A DNA stretch of 55,313 bases, the filler included, from Catajapyx aquilonaris (taxonomy: Eukaryota): assembly GCA_000934665.2 (NCBI GenBank). It is 2 parts of 2 records of this genome, joined end to end, with 100 filler letters (N's around TTAATTAATTAA, not from the genome) between each part and the next. Parts side by side here need not be neighbours in the genome. Positions count along the whole stretch, not along the records: positions 1 to 27,614 come from KZ539273.1; 1 more part is not named here. One strand, 5' to 3'. Below, one piece after another: positions 1 to 11,965 of the stretch. Under the pieces are notes generated by a model. The model was not told where the DNA came from. It ran no database searches and was given only the letters and a program-made list of their open reading frames with translations. The number at the start of each line of letters is the position of its first letter. Position 1 is the stretch's first letter. A program made the translations under genes and the position numbers.

Positions 1-21
1 AAGCATATTTAAAAAAAAGTT

Positions 22-357
22 GGGGGAGGTGTGGTGGCCGTGATGGTAACGTCACGGCTTGCTGAGTGAAAGGGCCCAGGTTCGATCCCCGCCTGGGGAA
101 CTTTCCTTTCACCTGCGTCAGGAGGGTCTCTGACCTGCACCAAGGAGGTGTCTGGCAACCTAACCTCCTGGGGAACAGCACATGACCCCTTTACCGACAT
201 TGCACTTGCACCTATGTTCCCTCCCCAAAAATCCCAATCCCTACCCTACATCCTTGTCTCCTTGCACCGGTGTATGAAGTTAAGGAGTGAAAATGGTGGT
301 ATCCCACCCCCCTAAAAAGCCTAAGCCTTATCACGGGGTAACGTTTAAAAAAAAAAT
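22..357 (+). mobile_element. tRNA-derived SINE (family A)
   Basis: Pol III A-box TGGCCGTGATGG (~35) and B-box GGTTCGATCCC (~79). Body motifs GACATTGCACTTGCAC and AAATGGTGGTATCCCACCCCC are shared with the copy at 15.5-15.8 kb. Ends TATCACGGGGTAA plus an A-rich tail. Confidence 0.8.
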
Positions 358-519
358 CATTTTAAATTATTTCAAAAATATACAGGGTGTTCCTCTGCTT
401 TATTTGTTTATTCATTTGAATGGGAAGAAGCCAAAGGATCTAAGGCTATGTGGCTATTAGAATATATGTAGATGGGATAGATGTGGATACTGTAAATATG
501 AAGGGAGGAAAGTTGGATA

Positions 520-625
520 CATTGGACCCTCAGTATCTGTGGATTCAACCAACTGCAGGTTGAAAATATATTTTGTAACGTTGCGAAAAGCAAACATTGA
601 ATTTGTACCTGCCATGCACTACAAC
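520..625 (+). mobile_element. Tigger/pogo-like (MER2/Tigger3-like) 5' end fragment
   Basis: TA-CATTGGACCCTCAGTATCTGTGGATTCAACCAAC...AAAAGCAAACATTGAATTTG resembles Tigger-type termini as I remember them. No right TIR seen. Confidence 0.45.
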
Positions 626-642
626 ACAGTGCAACAACTATA

Positions 643-920
643 TGGAGGGGTGTTCAAAAAAAATACGGAACTTTTTAATTAGTGTGTCAACTGGCGCAGA
701 GAGCGCATTGCGGCTACTGAGAGCACCTAGTGTCATGTCTTGACAACAAACTACCAGTTGTCCCATTCCACTATGACCACTGGTCATCGAGATACAGCTA
801 CTGAAGTGAGGACTTGCACAAGCTGTTTGTCGGATTAGTAACAAAGTGATAGGGAAAGAGCTTAGAGAACAATGTGTTCATGTGAAATTATTCTGCAAAC
901 TTCGTAAAATTCTTGTGGAC
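643..920 (+). mobile_element. Mariner 5' fragment, same family as 7188-7943
   Basis: About 270 bp align with 7188-7455. Decayed transposase N-terminus ELREQCVHVKLFCKL. Confidence 0.75.
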
Positions 921-958
921 AGTGGCCAGGTAGACAGATAGAATGAGCAAAACTAATA

Positions 959-1037
959 TCCTCCTGAGACCTGGTGTCGACATTTGAAAAGAAAATGGTT
1001 TCTCCGAATGGGATGTAACTTTTCTGTACCTGCATGT
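959..1037 (+). mobile_element. Deleted copy of the TCCTCCTGAGACC-terminated MITE family
   Basis: TATCCTCCTGAGACCTGGTGTCGACAT is identical to the start of 17077-17974. It is followed by sequence matching ~17480-17530. Confidence 0.65.
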
Positions 1038-1038
1038 A

Positions 1039-1130
1039 CAGGGTGTTCCAGATTCGTGGGTAACTTTTTGAGAACTGCTATCGGGCAACATCAGTAATCA
1101 AGAAGTGACCCAAATACTTGGAACACTCTG
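1039..1130. mobile_element. Tiny Tc1/mariner-type MITE
   Basis: TA-CAGGGTGTTCCA ... TGGAACACTCTG-TA inverted termini with TA flanks. Confidence 0.6.
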
Positions 1131-1132
1131 TA

Positions 1133-1187
1133 TAGGGATGTGCAAGTAGTTTTGGGCGCTGTTGCATAGTTAATGCGTACGGTGCCT
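1133..1187. mobile_element. hAT-like MITE terminal fragment
   Basis: TAGGGATGTGCAAGTAGTTTTGGGCGCTGTTGCATAGTTAATGCGTACGG is the near-exact reverse complement of 16045-16097. Confidence 0.65.
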
Positions 1188-1655
1188 TTAAAGCTTCATG
1201 ACATCACATTTGCCCGGCCAGCTTCAAAGCAGCTAAAGCCAGCTGGAGGGCCTCCGAATAATCCGGCCTTCCATTGCAATTGCAAAAGAAATTCTGTTAA
1301 TTAGTCAATTGGCTGATGATTATCCCACCATCATCAACCATAGTTACACAAGTTGATGTTGCTGGCTTTAAAATACTTGCTTCTAACCTAGGCAGACAGG
1401 CAAACAAATGGAACTCTTCTTTACATACTCATTGTTGAAGGAAAAGGCCATTATTTTCGATGACTCATACACTCAACCATGTAATTATGTTTCATTATCT
1501 TTCTGTTTTTTGATGTGGAATTTTAAGATGATATTTTTAGTTGTAGATGTTTAAGCAAGTTAAGTTATACTACCCTTTCATTGGAATGTGAGTCTGAAAT
1601 AATACCCCCAAAAGGCGATCTGCTCTTTAAACTAATACTTTGATGCAATTAACAG

Positions 1656-2167
1656 GAATCAGAGGTTCATTTGTGGCTGAAACAGTTGGAGCAAGGCGTC
1701 GCCGATTGTTAAAAGCAAAAGGCAAGTCCCAGGCAGGCTTTAAATCTGCTTTGGAACATGGCAAAGAGAATCTGAAGCTTGCCAAGAAGATGCGAAAAGA
1801 ATCATGTAAACCATCCCTTTCTGAAATCTCAAACCAAGCTGTTCAGATTGAATACTATGATGCATCTGAGCTTAATGAAAAGCCTATGCTCCTCTCAAGC
1901 ATGTATCCATATGTGCAGCCTTATATTGGAGTTCATGAAGTTCTCCATGATCATGACTATGTTGTCAAGACAGCTGACGATTCCACCAGCATTATTTGTA
2001 AAGTGGAAGCTCTAGAAATGGATGAAATGATGCTTGGTGCGTGTGAAGAATACAACGAGCTCACAATCAAAGAAGAGTCTCAGGTTGAGGAGGAAGAGGA
2101 CATGGATGAGACCAAGAAGATGACTCACTGGTGGGATGCAGTACATGTAGCAAGGGATGACGTAGAG
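1656..2167 (+). CDS. C2H2 zinc-finger transcription factor, first visible coding exon (start codon probably upstream)
   Basis: Within ORF 1640-2179. Branch-like CTAAT plus TTAACAG acceptor; GAG|GTAATG donor at phase 0, compatible with the exon at 9076. Encodes a basic NLS-like run (RRRRLLKAKGK), a DHDY motif and an acidic tract. Confidence 0.75.
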
Positions 2168-2419
2168 GTAATGGAATAATATTTTATCTGGGAATGCAGT
2201 ATTTTCCAATTGAAGTGTCTAGAGTGGTTTTAGGCTTTTTTGCCTTCAGCTGCTTTATTATTAGGCTGTTGCTTTTAGCAGGAATTGAAACTGTTAAGAG
2301 GAAACCCAGTCCACAGCAGCCATAAGAAGTGGTATCAGTTGACATTTGATTTCATGTCATTGTGTGCTTGCTAATTCCAGTAATGTCATGAAAATTGTTT
2401 GGGAGTGCTCTTCAATGTA

Positions 2420-4291
2420 GGGTAATTCCAGGCGAGTTCAACAAAAATTTTCCCAGAATGCCACCCCACATTTTTTGATATTTTTAAAAATTGGTACACG
2501 AGGTTCCACCCACTACACTAGTGTAATGCGCGATTTTCGGGTGCCTGGGACCAATGGGTCACGTGTGAGGTCAAGGGGGAAAAATTGAAGATAGAAAAAA
2601 TAATGTCACTCTATTTCGCTTCATATCTCAGTACCTATTTGTTCTATCGCAATGGTTCATGTGTCATTCGAATCCAAATGGTCGGGGATTCATAAAACAT
2701 GAAATAAAATATTTATTTTAAATATTTAGGCAAAATATTTGAGAGGTCAAATACTTGACCTTTTGACCCGGACAGTCTGACAGCATGTACGAGTCTGATA
2801 TTTAGTACAGTGTAACAGGGCACCATTACGGACATTTTCCTGAAAGATTTGAAAACCGTATAATTTTTGGTTCCGAGAAAAAAATTCCAGAACAGAAGGC
2901 ATGTACATCGAATTTCATATTTTCCAACAATTGACCAAATACTCAGCTAATTTGACAGCAGCTACGAGTTTCATCTTAAGTACAGTATAACAGGGGACCA
3001 TGACGGACATTTGTACGAAAGATTTGGAACCCGCTCAATTTTCTATTTTGAGGAAATAAACATAACAGAAGGCATGTACTTCGAATTTCATATTTTCCAT
3101 CAATTGACCTAACACCCAGCTAATACGACAGCAGCTATAGTAGCCGGCGAGTTAAGTTGAGAATCCCCCACCCCTCACTCCCAGCCAATGACGAGGCTAG
3201 ATTTGGAAAGTTTTAAATGGTGCCAACACAGCTTAAGGCTTAAGGGGTCGAACTCAAAGGATGTTAATCCGGGGGCCCTGCTGGCACTCCTGCTCTAGGC
3301 TTCCCCGGCTTCCCCCCACCCCATGCCCCCACCCTTTCTCACCAAACCGTGTTTTCCTTATGGGCTGAGGTAGGAGGTCGTGGTGGTGGGGGTCTGGGGT
3401 CCCTCCCTCTTCTCAGGTTAGAGCGCCGAGCCCTATATGATCTGCCAAAATCACTTGCATGTACCTGGTGTCCAACAAGAATTGTCGCAAGCGGCAGCGC
3501 ACGAACTACAGTCTCTCGTATACCTGTGCTCGTAGATTGTAGTTCGTGCGCTGCCGCTGCGACAATTCTTGTTGGACTGATAGTACATGGATTACTTCCG
3601 AAGCACTTCAGGTGTTGTAAAATATGACATCAGTTCGATGTACATGTCTTCTATTCTGGTGGTTGTTTCCCTCGAAATCCAAAATTCTTAAAATGCCACA
3701 TTTTTCAGAAATATGGCTGTAACGACTCCCTGTTATACTTTACAAATCAGACTCGTAGCTGCTGTCAAATTAGCTGGGTATTTGGTCAATTGTTGGAAAA
3801 TATGAAATTCGATGTACATGCCTTCTGTTCTGGAATTTTTTTCTCGGAACCAAAAATTATACGGTTTTCAAATCTTTCAGGAAAATGTCCGTAATGGTGC
3901 CCTGTTACACTGTACTAAATATCAGACTCGTACATGCTGTCAGACTGTCTGGGTCAAAAGGTCAAATATTTGACCTCTCAAATATTTTGCCTAAATATTT
4001 AAAATAAATATTTTATTTCATGTTTTATGAATCCCCCGACCATTTGGATTCGAATGACACATGAACCATTGCGATAGAACAAATAGGTACTGAGATATGA
4101 AGCGAAATAGAGTGACATTTTTTTTCTATTTTCAATTTTTCCCCCTTGACCTCACACGTGACCTGTTGGTCCCAGGCGCCCGAAAATCGCGCATTACACT
4201 AGTGTAGTGGGTGGAACCTCGTGTACCGATTTTCAAAAATATAAAAAAATGTGGGGTGTTGTGCACTTGTTGAACTCTCCTGGAATTACCC
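2420..4291. mobile_element. Non-autonomous foldback DNA transposon, Sola2-like
   Basis: Near-perfect TIRs of about 550 bp (2420-~2970 and ~3752-4291). Termini GGGTAATTCCAGG...CCTGGAATTACCC with a 4-bp TSD, TGTA, on both sides. GRG termini, 4-bp TSD and long TIRs fit Sola2. Confidence 0.8.
3462..3585. mobile_element. Small hairpin MITE nested in the Sola2-like element
   Basis: GTCCAACAAGAATTGTCGCA.GCGGCAGCGCACGAACTACA and its reverse complement, TA-flanked. Confidence 0.7.
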
Positions 4292-5253
4292 TGTAGCTAC
4301 ATGGATTCGAGTTACTTAACTACGAAAAAAATGCAAAGCAAGGTATTGAAAATAAATCGCGATGTTAGGGTCGAAATTGTGCACATTTTCATTTCATCAC
4401 GATAATGGCGCATGAAGTCTGTCCTTCAAAAATGTGCATCCATGTGTTGCGATGGTGTGCCATGCTTGACAGAAATTTTGATACATTTTGGCAAACCCTC
4501 ATTTCTACCTAATTTGCGACTGGTCTCATGAGGACCCATTGCTTTTCCTGCAATTCTTTCCCAGAACTGTCATGGCCGCCGTACTTTCAATTCGATTGAA
4601 GATGGCGCCTGGTTGACCTGTGTATGTGTATTAATGTCTGATAAAACAAGTGAATAACTGGGGTGAAGTACAAGTGAGAATTCTTACACCATAGAACATC
4701 CAAAAGGCAGAAAGTTGGTCACAACATAAAGTAATGAGGATTAAGCTTTCCTAATTGAATATCTGTATCTGGAAGTTCTCTATAAGTAATGGCTGGCAAA
4801 ATAGTCTACTATGAGGTTTTTCCAATCCACCAGTCTAAAGGCAGACCTAAACATGTGGATTGAAATGCAAATGGAAATATCAAGTGAGGTTTTTACACCA
4901 GTGCACAGTGTGGCCAAACACGTGAATTCTTGGACAATAGCTCCCACTCCAGGTGTATTTGTCACAACTTTCCTCTGATTTTTAAGACAAAAAGTAGCGA
5001 ATTTCACTTTGAACGACACACCAAACGAATGATTAGATTCCCCAGTTATAGATTCACTTTGTTTTAAGTGCACATAATTGCACCTATTGTCGGGGCAGCA
5101 TACTGCTACCCTGACAAATGTGACCTCCTTTTAGAAAAATGTGGACTCATGTGGACTTGAAACGAAGTGAGTCTATAACTGGGGAGTCTGGTCTTTCCTT
5201 TAATGTGTGATTCGAAGTGAAGTTTGGTGTAATACGCAACTTTTTGTCTTTAA

Positions 5254-6862
5254 GGGGGCACTACAGTCAAAATCAAGGGTTTTGTAAAAAATCGCCAAAA
5301 AAAAAGCCATTAGAGACAAGGAGTTGGGACTTCATTTTCATGAATGTACATGAGTCAAAGACCTATTAGCTCCTATAATAATCGAATCATGTTTGTGTGT
5401 CGAAGGGCCTCCAGGGCCGCGTGACATCACGCCACTGTCGACACGATTTAGGACGCTGGGGTCAACCTACAACCGTCAGATTGGACCTCAGGTTTCCTTG
5501 AGCATGTAGTTTTCCATTGACCTTGAATTATAATTTTTGAAATCATCTTAGTACACCGGTATTTTTTTGATGATTTCAGAAAGGTAACTCAGTTTTGAGA
5601 AAACATTTAATTAAAGTTAAAATAGAAGTAGTTCGAGCAGGCTGAATCTTTTAAGCCTTTGGATAGTGCCATGTTTGACAATAAATCTGGTGAAGTGGGA
5701 AGTCTGTAGCTAAAGGAGGAGGCACAAAATGTATGGGCGAGTGGCCTTCCGTTCGATTTGCCTGAAAATTGGATATGTTGTGGCCCAGACCATCCTGATC
5801 AATGTTAGATAGGGACATTTCGAGGTAGGACCTACAGGGAGCGTACTATTGACCTCCGAAGGTCATATGGAATATGCTCTTGTTTTCCGTTCGATTTGGC
5901 TGAAAATTGGATATGTTGCAGCCCAGACCATCCTGATCAATGTTGGATAGGGACATTTCGAGGTAGGACCTACAGGGAACATGCTAATGACCTCCGCAGG
6001 TAATAGGGGGAGTAGTAGACTACAATAAGTCTCAGGAACTCAATGGTTATTGCATTAAATTATCTATTAATCTTTATTACCTATTCATCTGGTTCAAATT
6101 CTACTCCTTGAAGGTTGTCATCTGGAGTTTCCTCCAGCTGCACTTCATCATTCATTGGGTCAATGTAAGGAAGCGAGGTTTCTCTCACAGCAGTCTTCTA
6201 GCCTCTTCGATGAATAGCAATTAGCATGCTCCCTGTAGGTCCTACCTCGAAATGTCCCTATCCAACATTGATCAGGATGGTCTGGGCTGCAACATATCCA
6301 ATATTCAGCCAAATCGAACGGAAAACCAGAGCATATCCCATATGACCTTCGGACGTCAATAGTACGCTCCCTGTAGGTCCTACCTCGAAATGTCCCTATC
6401 TAACATTGATCAGGATGGTCTGGGCCACAACATATCCCATTTTCAGGCAAATCGAACGGAAGGCCACTCGCCCATATATTTTGTGCCTCATCCTTTTTGT
6501 GGCCTGGGCGATGTCGACAGTGTCCAAATCCAGCAAACTGAGAAAAACGCGTTTAAAGTTAAAAGTAGGGTAACGTAACAGAGCCATAATGCGATTCAAA
6601 AAATACGTTCGTGTGACACAGACACACTGTTGCCAGCAGGACCGGCTTAGTGCCTCCGCGTCCGTGCGGGAGCAGCACCTGATGGCGCTCATGCCAGCGG
6701 GTAGGTGGGGAGAGGAGGGGGTACAGAAGGTCGTTTCCAGGCAAGGTTCCCAGGCATTCGCTCCTGACGCGCCAATTTTTTGAATTTTGGGACGCGGTTT
6801 GCCGCAGGAAAAGACNAAAAAAAAAAAACGGATTTTTGAAGGTCGATGACTGTAGTGCCCCC
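5254..6862. mobile_element. Kolobok-like non-autonomous transposon
   Basis: TTAA-GGGGGCACTACAGTC ... GACTGTAGTGCCCCC-TTAA. A TTAA TSD with purine termini fits Kolobok; piggyBac would start CCY. Confidence 0.75.
5712..6496. repeat. Internal inverted repeat or nested foldback inside the Kolobok-like element
   Basis: Arms 5712-5987 and 6220-6496 are reverse complements, each built from two ~138-bp subunits. Confidence 0.8.
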
Positions 6863-7187
6863 TTAAAATGAGAGGAATGTGACATATGCGCGCAAAATGG
6901 AAGCATCAACAAAGGACAACTGGCAGTAGCATTTCAAGGTGACATTCAAATTGCTACATGAGAGTTAAGTAGTACTTAGCCAGAGGTATTTTATGCACAG
7001 CTTAAAATCCGGATGAGCCTGCACTTGGAAATGCAGTGACCTTTCTTCCATGACCATTCGAAGCCAACTGAATACACACAAAGGTGGCAGGCGAACCCTT
7101 GACTTATAAAACCCATCTCAATTGAACCTACCAAAGCAATTTTTGTTATTGTTCAGACATTACTTTCTTCGAGACCTAAACAACATA

Positions 7188-7943
7188 CGAGGGGTGTGCA
7201 AAAAAAGACCGAACTTTTTAAATAGCGAGTCAACCGGAACAGAGAACATACTGTGGCTACTGACAGCACCTAGTGACATGTCTTGACAACAAACTGTCAT
7301 TTGCCACTTTCCGCTATGACTATTGGTCATTGAGATACATCCACTTAAGTGAGCACTTGCACCAGGTGTTCGTCGGATTAGTGACAAAGTGAAAATGTAA
7401 GAGCTTGAAAAACAACATGTTTGTGTGAAATTTTGCTGCAAATTTGGTAAATATTTTACGAGACATTTCAATTGCTTCACCAAGCATGCTTGGGAAGGGT
7501 CTCCTCGACCAAATGAGGCACAGATGAGTCAGTCAAAGGTCAAGGTAATGTTAGTTGTGTTTTTGGATCGGAAAGGCATTTTCCCTTATGAATTTGGGCC
7601 ATGTTGTCAGATTGGTAGACAAACAGGTGTATCTGAATGTTTTAGTGCGTTTGAGGGATTCTGTGCCCAGAAAGAGGCCTCAATTGTGGGAAAACCAGAC
7701 TTAGACGTTGTGCCATGGCAAGACGCCGGATCACACATCGCTCCTTGTCATCAGTTGTCTGGCAAAACATCAGACATCCCTTGTGCCAATCTACCCTATT
7801 CTCCGGACTTACCCCCAGCAGACTTTTTTCTATTTTCTAAATTTGAAATGACGTAATTTCCGAACCGTACAGTCGTTCCGGACAATGTGATAAGAGCCCT
7901 GCGCGTCATCACAGAAAGTGCGTTCCAGGAAGCATTCCAATAA
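7188..7943 (+). pseudogene. Internally deleted, decayed mariner transposase
   Basis: TA-CGAGGGG terminus. Motifs VKFCCKFGK, SKVKVMLVVFLDRKGI and PYSPDLPPADFFLF (YSPDLAPxD). The 3' end is cut off by the element starting at 7944. Confidence 0.85.
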
Positions 7944-8949
7944 CACAGCGCAACAAAACAAAAATTCGGAGTGTTACTCGGAAACCACTATGTAGATCAT
8001 GTTAGTAGGACCCAAGGTAGCTGGGAAACGCCCAGGATTTCTCTCTCAAAATGTGCAGGGGGTCAGGGTGACCAAAAATCCGAAAAATTCAAAATATTGA
8101 CGTTTTTTGGCCTATTTCAAGGTCTGGCAACCACTGTAAGTTTCGGATATTGTTTTTGCTGGCATTAGGTGTTACCTGGGGCTAGTCTGAAGCCACTATG
8201 GTGTTTAAAGTCAATCTTTTATAGAAACTGTAGGTTTTCCAGGGTCCTTTTTATGGAAAAAATTTCGTTTTTTGGTACTTTTTCGTCTATTTTTGCGGAA
8301 CAGTGTAAGGGCTTTTTTTTTAAAAAAAAGTGTAGCGTAATGGGCTCTTTAGAGACCCTACAATCAAGGAATAATAGTAGAACTTTCCTATGCAACCCTA
8401 GTACGCGTGTGCAAAAGCCTAATCTTGGGTAAAATCGCGTTTTTTCGCATTTTTGGTGATTTGACTTTTTTCAACATTTAAAACCAAATATTCCTCGGCT
8501 TTAAAATAAATGAATTCTTCCATGATTTCCATAAGCAACCCATGTACGTGTACACGCGTACATGGGTTGCTTATGGAAATCGTAGTCTTTTTCCATACTA
8601 TGGGGGTCCCTGACACTTTGTTAGACTAAGAAGAATTCATTTATTTTAAAGCCGAGGAATATTTGGTTTTAAATGTTGAAAAAGTCAAATCACCAAAAAT
8701 GCGAAAAAACGCGATTTTACCCAAGATTAGGCTTTTGCACACGCGTACTAAGGTTGCATAGGAAAGTTCTACTATTATTCCTTGATTGTAGGGTCTCTAA
8801 AGAGCCCATTACGCTACACTTAAAAAAAAAAAGAAGCCCTTACACTGTTCCGCAAAAATGTACGAAAAAGTACCAAAAACAGAATTTTTTCCATAAAAAG
8901 GACCCTGGAAAACCTACAGTTTCTATAAAAGATTGACTTTAAACACCAT
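7944..8949. mobile_element. Foldback DNA transposon (possibly Chapaev3-like), right end truncated
   Basis: TAA-CACAGCGCAAC start. About 320-bp inverted arms at 8198-8520 and 8630-8949, plus a central 46-55 bp palindrome at ~8526-8580. Confidence 0.65.
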
Positions 8950-9075
8950 GCTGTTCTATTATTTTATTCCCAACACCCTCTATATCTGCATTACGCAAGC
9001 ATAATATGATGCTACACTTGCTGCTGGATCACCTGTCTGTGTGGTCTTATGTGACTAATGGAGCTGTTGTTCCAG

Positions 9076-9166
9076 GTTGATGGGCAAGAAGCATATGACC
9101 TGCGTGATATTGAGTCTGAGGTTGTTTGCAAATTGGATGGGGCTGATGGCATGGTGATTCGTTCTG
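9076..9166 (+). CDS. Zinc-finger gene exon (VDGQEAYDLRDIESEVVCKLDGADGMVIRS)
   Basis: TTCCAG acceptor and TG|GTGAGC donor. The 91 nt convert phase 0 to phase 1, exactly bridging the neighbouring exons. Followed by a 60-nt intron. Confidence 0.8.
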
Positions 9167-9226
9167 GTGAGCAATCTTACTAAACAAGTTAATATACCTC
9201 CAATGACCCAATTTCTTTTTCTCCAG

Positions 9227-9390
9227 CTGATCTACCAGTGGTACAAGACTACCGTATGGGAACGACTTATATTTCTTTGGAGGATGTGCGAGAGTATCAC
9301 TCAGATGTGATAGTTCAACGTGATGAACATAGGCAGAAAAGAAAGCCAAAAGGCAGGGCCAAATTTATTGGGCAGTCCCAGGCTGAGAAG
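9227..9390 (+). CDS. Zinc-finger gene exon (ADLPVVQDYRMG...QSQAEK)
   Basis: Polypyrimidine TTTCTTTTTCTCCAG acceptor and AAG|GTATGT donor; phase 1 to 0. Confidence 0.85.
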
Positions 9391-9677
9391 GTATGTGTGC
9401 ATACAAGTGAACAATGGATTTTGGCTGTAGAGGAGTAGAGGGGAAGCTGTTCAGGAGGTTGAGAGTACCCAAGGTTTTTTTCGTATTGCTTCAGCCTTAG
9501 AATGGTTCTTATATCACTAGCCTTTAACTGAACTGTCTCTGTCCACTGGAAATTGTCTCATGCTACAGGACAATTGTATGATTTTTTGTGGCCACTTGTA
9601 AGTGATCTGGATGAGTGGACCTGACCTTGGGAACCAGGAAGGCTCACTACTTTTAAAACAATAATTGCACATTATTA

Positions 9678-10449
9678 CGAGGGAGATTCATTAAATATTT
9701 CCCCTGACCCACTTCCGGTTATTGTAGGAGGATGAAATTGCGCATGTACAACGATACGTATGTCTCTTGGTGACGTGGTAATTTGCAGCTGTGAATTCCG
9801 AATAGTTTCTCTGTACACGTGCCAACGTGGAGTAAGGTGTGATCATGGAACCTGTTGAATGCAGAGCGGTCATCATGTTCCTGTACTTGAATGGCCACAC
9901 ACCACGGGAGACGTTCGATGAGATGAAAGCGACTTATGGGGAGGATGCCCCATCGTATGATGTAGTGAAGCACTGGCATTGTCAGTTCAAGTGTGGTTGG
10001 ACTTCGGTGAAAATGGCTCCCATTCCTGGGTGACCACAGTCCCCCATTGATGAAGACACCATGCAGCAAGTGGAGGCTGCCATTTTGGAGGACTGCTGCA
10101 TGACCATTCGCCAACTGGTCTCAGATGTCAAGATCAGTGTGGGGCCTGTGGAAAAATATTATCCATGACCATTTGCACATGTCAAAGGTGTCTGCATGGT
10201 GGCTTCCCCGGCTGCTGATGCCTTTCCAGAAGCAGGAATGAGTGACATTCTCCCTGGCTCTTTTGGTCATGTGTCAAGAAAACCAGGATGACTTTTTCGA
10301 CAGACTAATTACACAGGACTAAACATGGGTCCATCATTATGATCCGGAAAATAAATCCCAGTCCAAACAATGGAAGCGTGCTGACTCACCACCTCCGAAA
10401 ACCGTCAGTGGGAAAGGTCATGCTTACTGTCTTTTGGGACCAGCACTGA
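9678..10449 (+). pseudogene. Decayed mariner transposase (irritans/Himar-like), 3' truncated
   Basis: TA-CGAGGG terminus. MEPVECRAVIMFLYLNG...APSYDVVKHW, WLPRLL, RLITQD*TWVHHYDPE and GKVMLTVFWD motifs, with stops and frameshifts. Confidence 0.9.
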
Positions 10450-10878
10450 CAACGAAAGTAACTTTTCTTACCCTCCTGAATTTTGAAAATTTGTGAATTT
10501 TCTCATAATTCTGCTTGGCCTATAGTGTTGTGCAAACATCACCTCTGCTGCTAATTTTCACGTTAGCAGGTTCAAAATACAAGCCAAAAGCTGATATTCC
10601 GAAGCCACAACACCGGTCAGGGGAAATATTTAATGAACCCCCCTCATACACCGTTCTTCGAGGGAGGGGTTCAATTACTGACCTGCGGAAATTGACCCCG
10701 ATCTGGAGCCTTTTCAATTTTTTTTTTTTTGCTTCCCTCTTAAGTGATTAAAATTGGGTGAAGAACATCATGAGGAATAAGATATAAAATACGAAATCAT
10801 GACATCAGTAATTTCTGATTGGATTGGTTTGCCATCGAATAAGGAAATAAGGATTCCTAGAGCGGCCTCTGCCTGCTT

Positions 10879-10953
10879 TCTCTCTCTCTCTCTCTCTCTC
10901 CCTCCCTCTCTCCCCCCCCCCCCNNNNNNNNNNNNNNNNNNCCCCCCCCCCCC
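10879..10953. repeat. (CT)n and poly-C tract with an assembly gap
   Basis: CT microsatellite and C-run flanking the N run at 10924-10941. Confidence 0.9.
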
Positions 10954-11158
10954 ATTGGCATGGGGGTTGGGGAGGGGGGGGGGGTCATACCAGTGGTTTT
11001 TTTCCCCCCCCTCTCTCACGTTTTTCTTGGTTGCTATCTCCATCTGACCCACCTCTTTATCTTCTAATAGCCAGATAGCCATATTTGCTTTGGCTCCTTC
11101 CAAATGAATCAGCCCCTACAGGTTACATAATACATAAACAGAGGAATTCCAATTCCAG

Positions 11159-11294
11159 GAGATGGCATTGATCATGATTGATACCATTAAGAGGAGAGGT
11201 ACAGCGGTGAGTCCGCTGGAATGCTGTATATGTGAACCACCACGTACTTTTACGGCCTTGACTACACTAGTGAGCCACTACCGAAGTCATGCAG
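11159..11294 (+). CDS. Zinc-finger gene exon encoding finger 1 (EMALIMIDTIKRRGTAVSPLECCICEPPRTFTALTTLVSHYRSHA)
   Basis: TTCCAG acceptor (in-frame TAA just upstream) and CAG|GTGAGT donor. Joins to GIKPY, giving an H-C linker. Confidence 0.9.
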
Positions 11295-11395
11295 GTGAGT
11301 TCAAAGAATGGTAGAAAAAAATGTAGAACAGTTTGCATCAGGCCTCGTGACTCTTGAGTACAGTACTAACATTAATGACTCTGCATAATTATCTA

Positions 11396-11965
11396 CAGTA
11401 AAACTTCTATGTCGAACTTCCCTAAGTCGAAGTAAATGATGAGCTTGGTTAGTCACAATGTAAAATAATAGGAAATAAACTTCCCTAACTCGAATTTCTA
11501 TAACTCGAAGTGCTGGCAGGGCCTTACGATGGGATATCAATGCATTTTCAGTCTCCCTAAGTCGAAGTTCATGTTGGCGAGTACGGAAAATTTTCTCATT
11601 TCCCAGCTGAAGGGTCGAGAGTAGGCCACATGTACAGAAAGGCTCAATTTCCTGGTCTCCGTCTCCCAGACGTACCGAAAGAAGTGTTTGACTCGAATAC
11701 TCGATTGTGACAATTGAATCCTTGAATCTAAGAGTAGGCAAATGCCCATCACGGAGATTTCTTTTGCAACAAAACAACGAGGAACATTGTAAGTGTGATA
11801 GTGAGTTATTTTAAAGTTTTGAACACCTTTTGTCGCTGGATATAAAGGTAGGCTTTCTTATAGAGTTCTGTGCTTTAAAAAACCCTAACTTCTCTAACTC
11901 GAATCTTCTATAACTCGAAGTTTTTTTCTGGTCCCATGGAGATTCGACTTATAGAAGTTTGACTG
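11396..11965. mobile_element. Tigger/pogo-type MITE
   Basis: TA-CAGTAAAACTTCTATGTCGAA ... TTCGACTTATAGAAGTTTGACTG-TA, with internal CTAAGTCGAA/TAACTCGAA repeats. Confidence 0.8.

Noticed and set aside
22..98. Functional tRNA gene (likewise 15725-15798)
   Set aside because: The A/B boxes lead into SINE bodies with shared 3' modules. I could not fold a convincing cloverleaf and saw no T-run terminator at a tRNA end.
5135..5166. Possible 32-nt micro-exon (TTTTAG...GTGAGT)
   Set aside because: It would shift the frame, and the 2167-to-9076 junction is already phase-compatible. It could only be a poison exon, for which I have no evidence.
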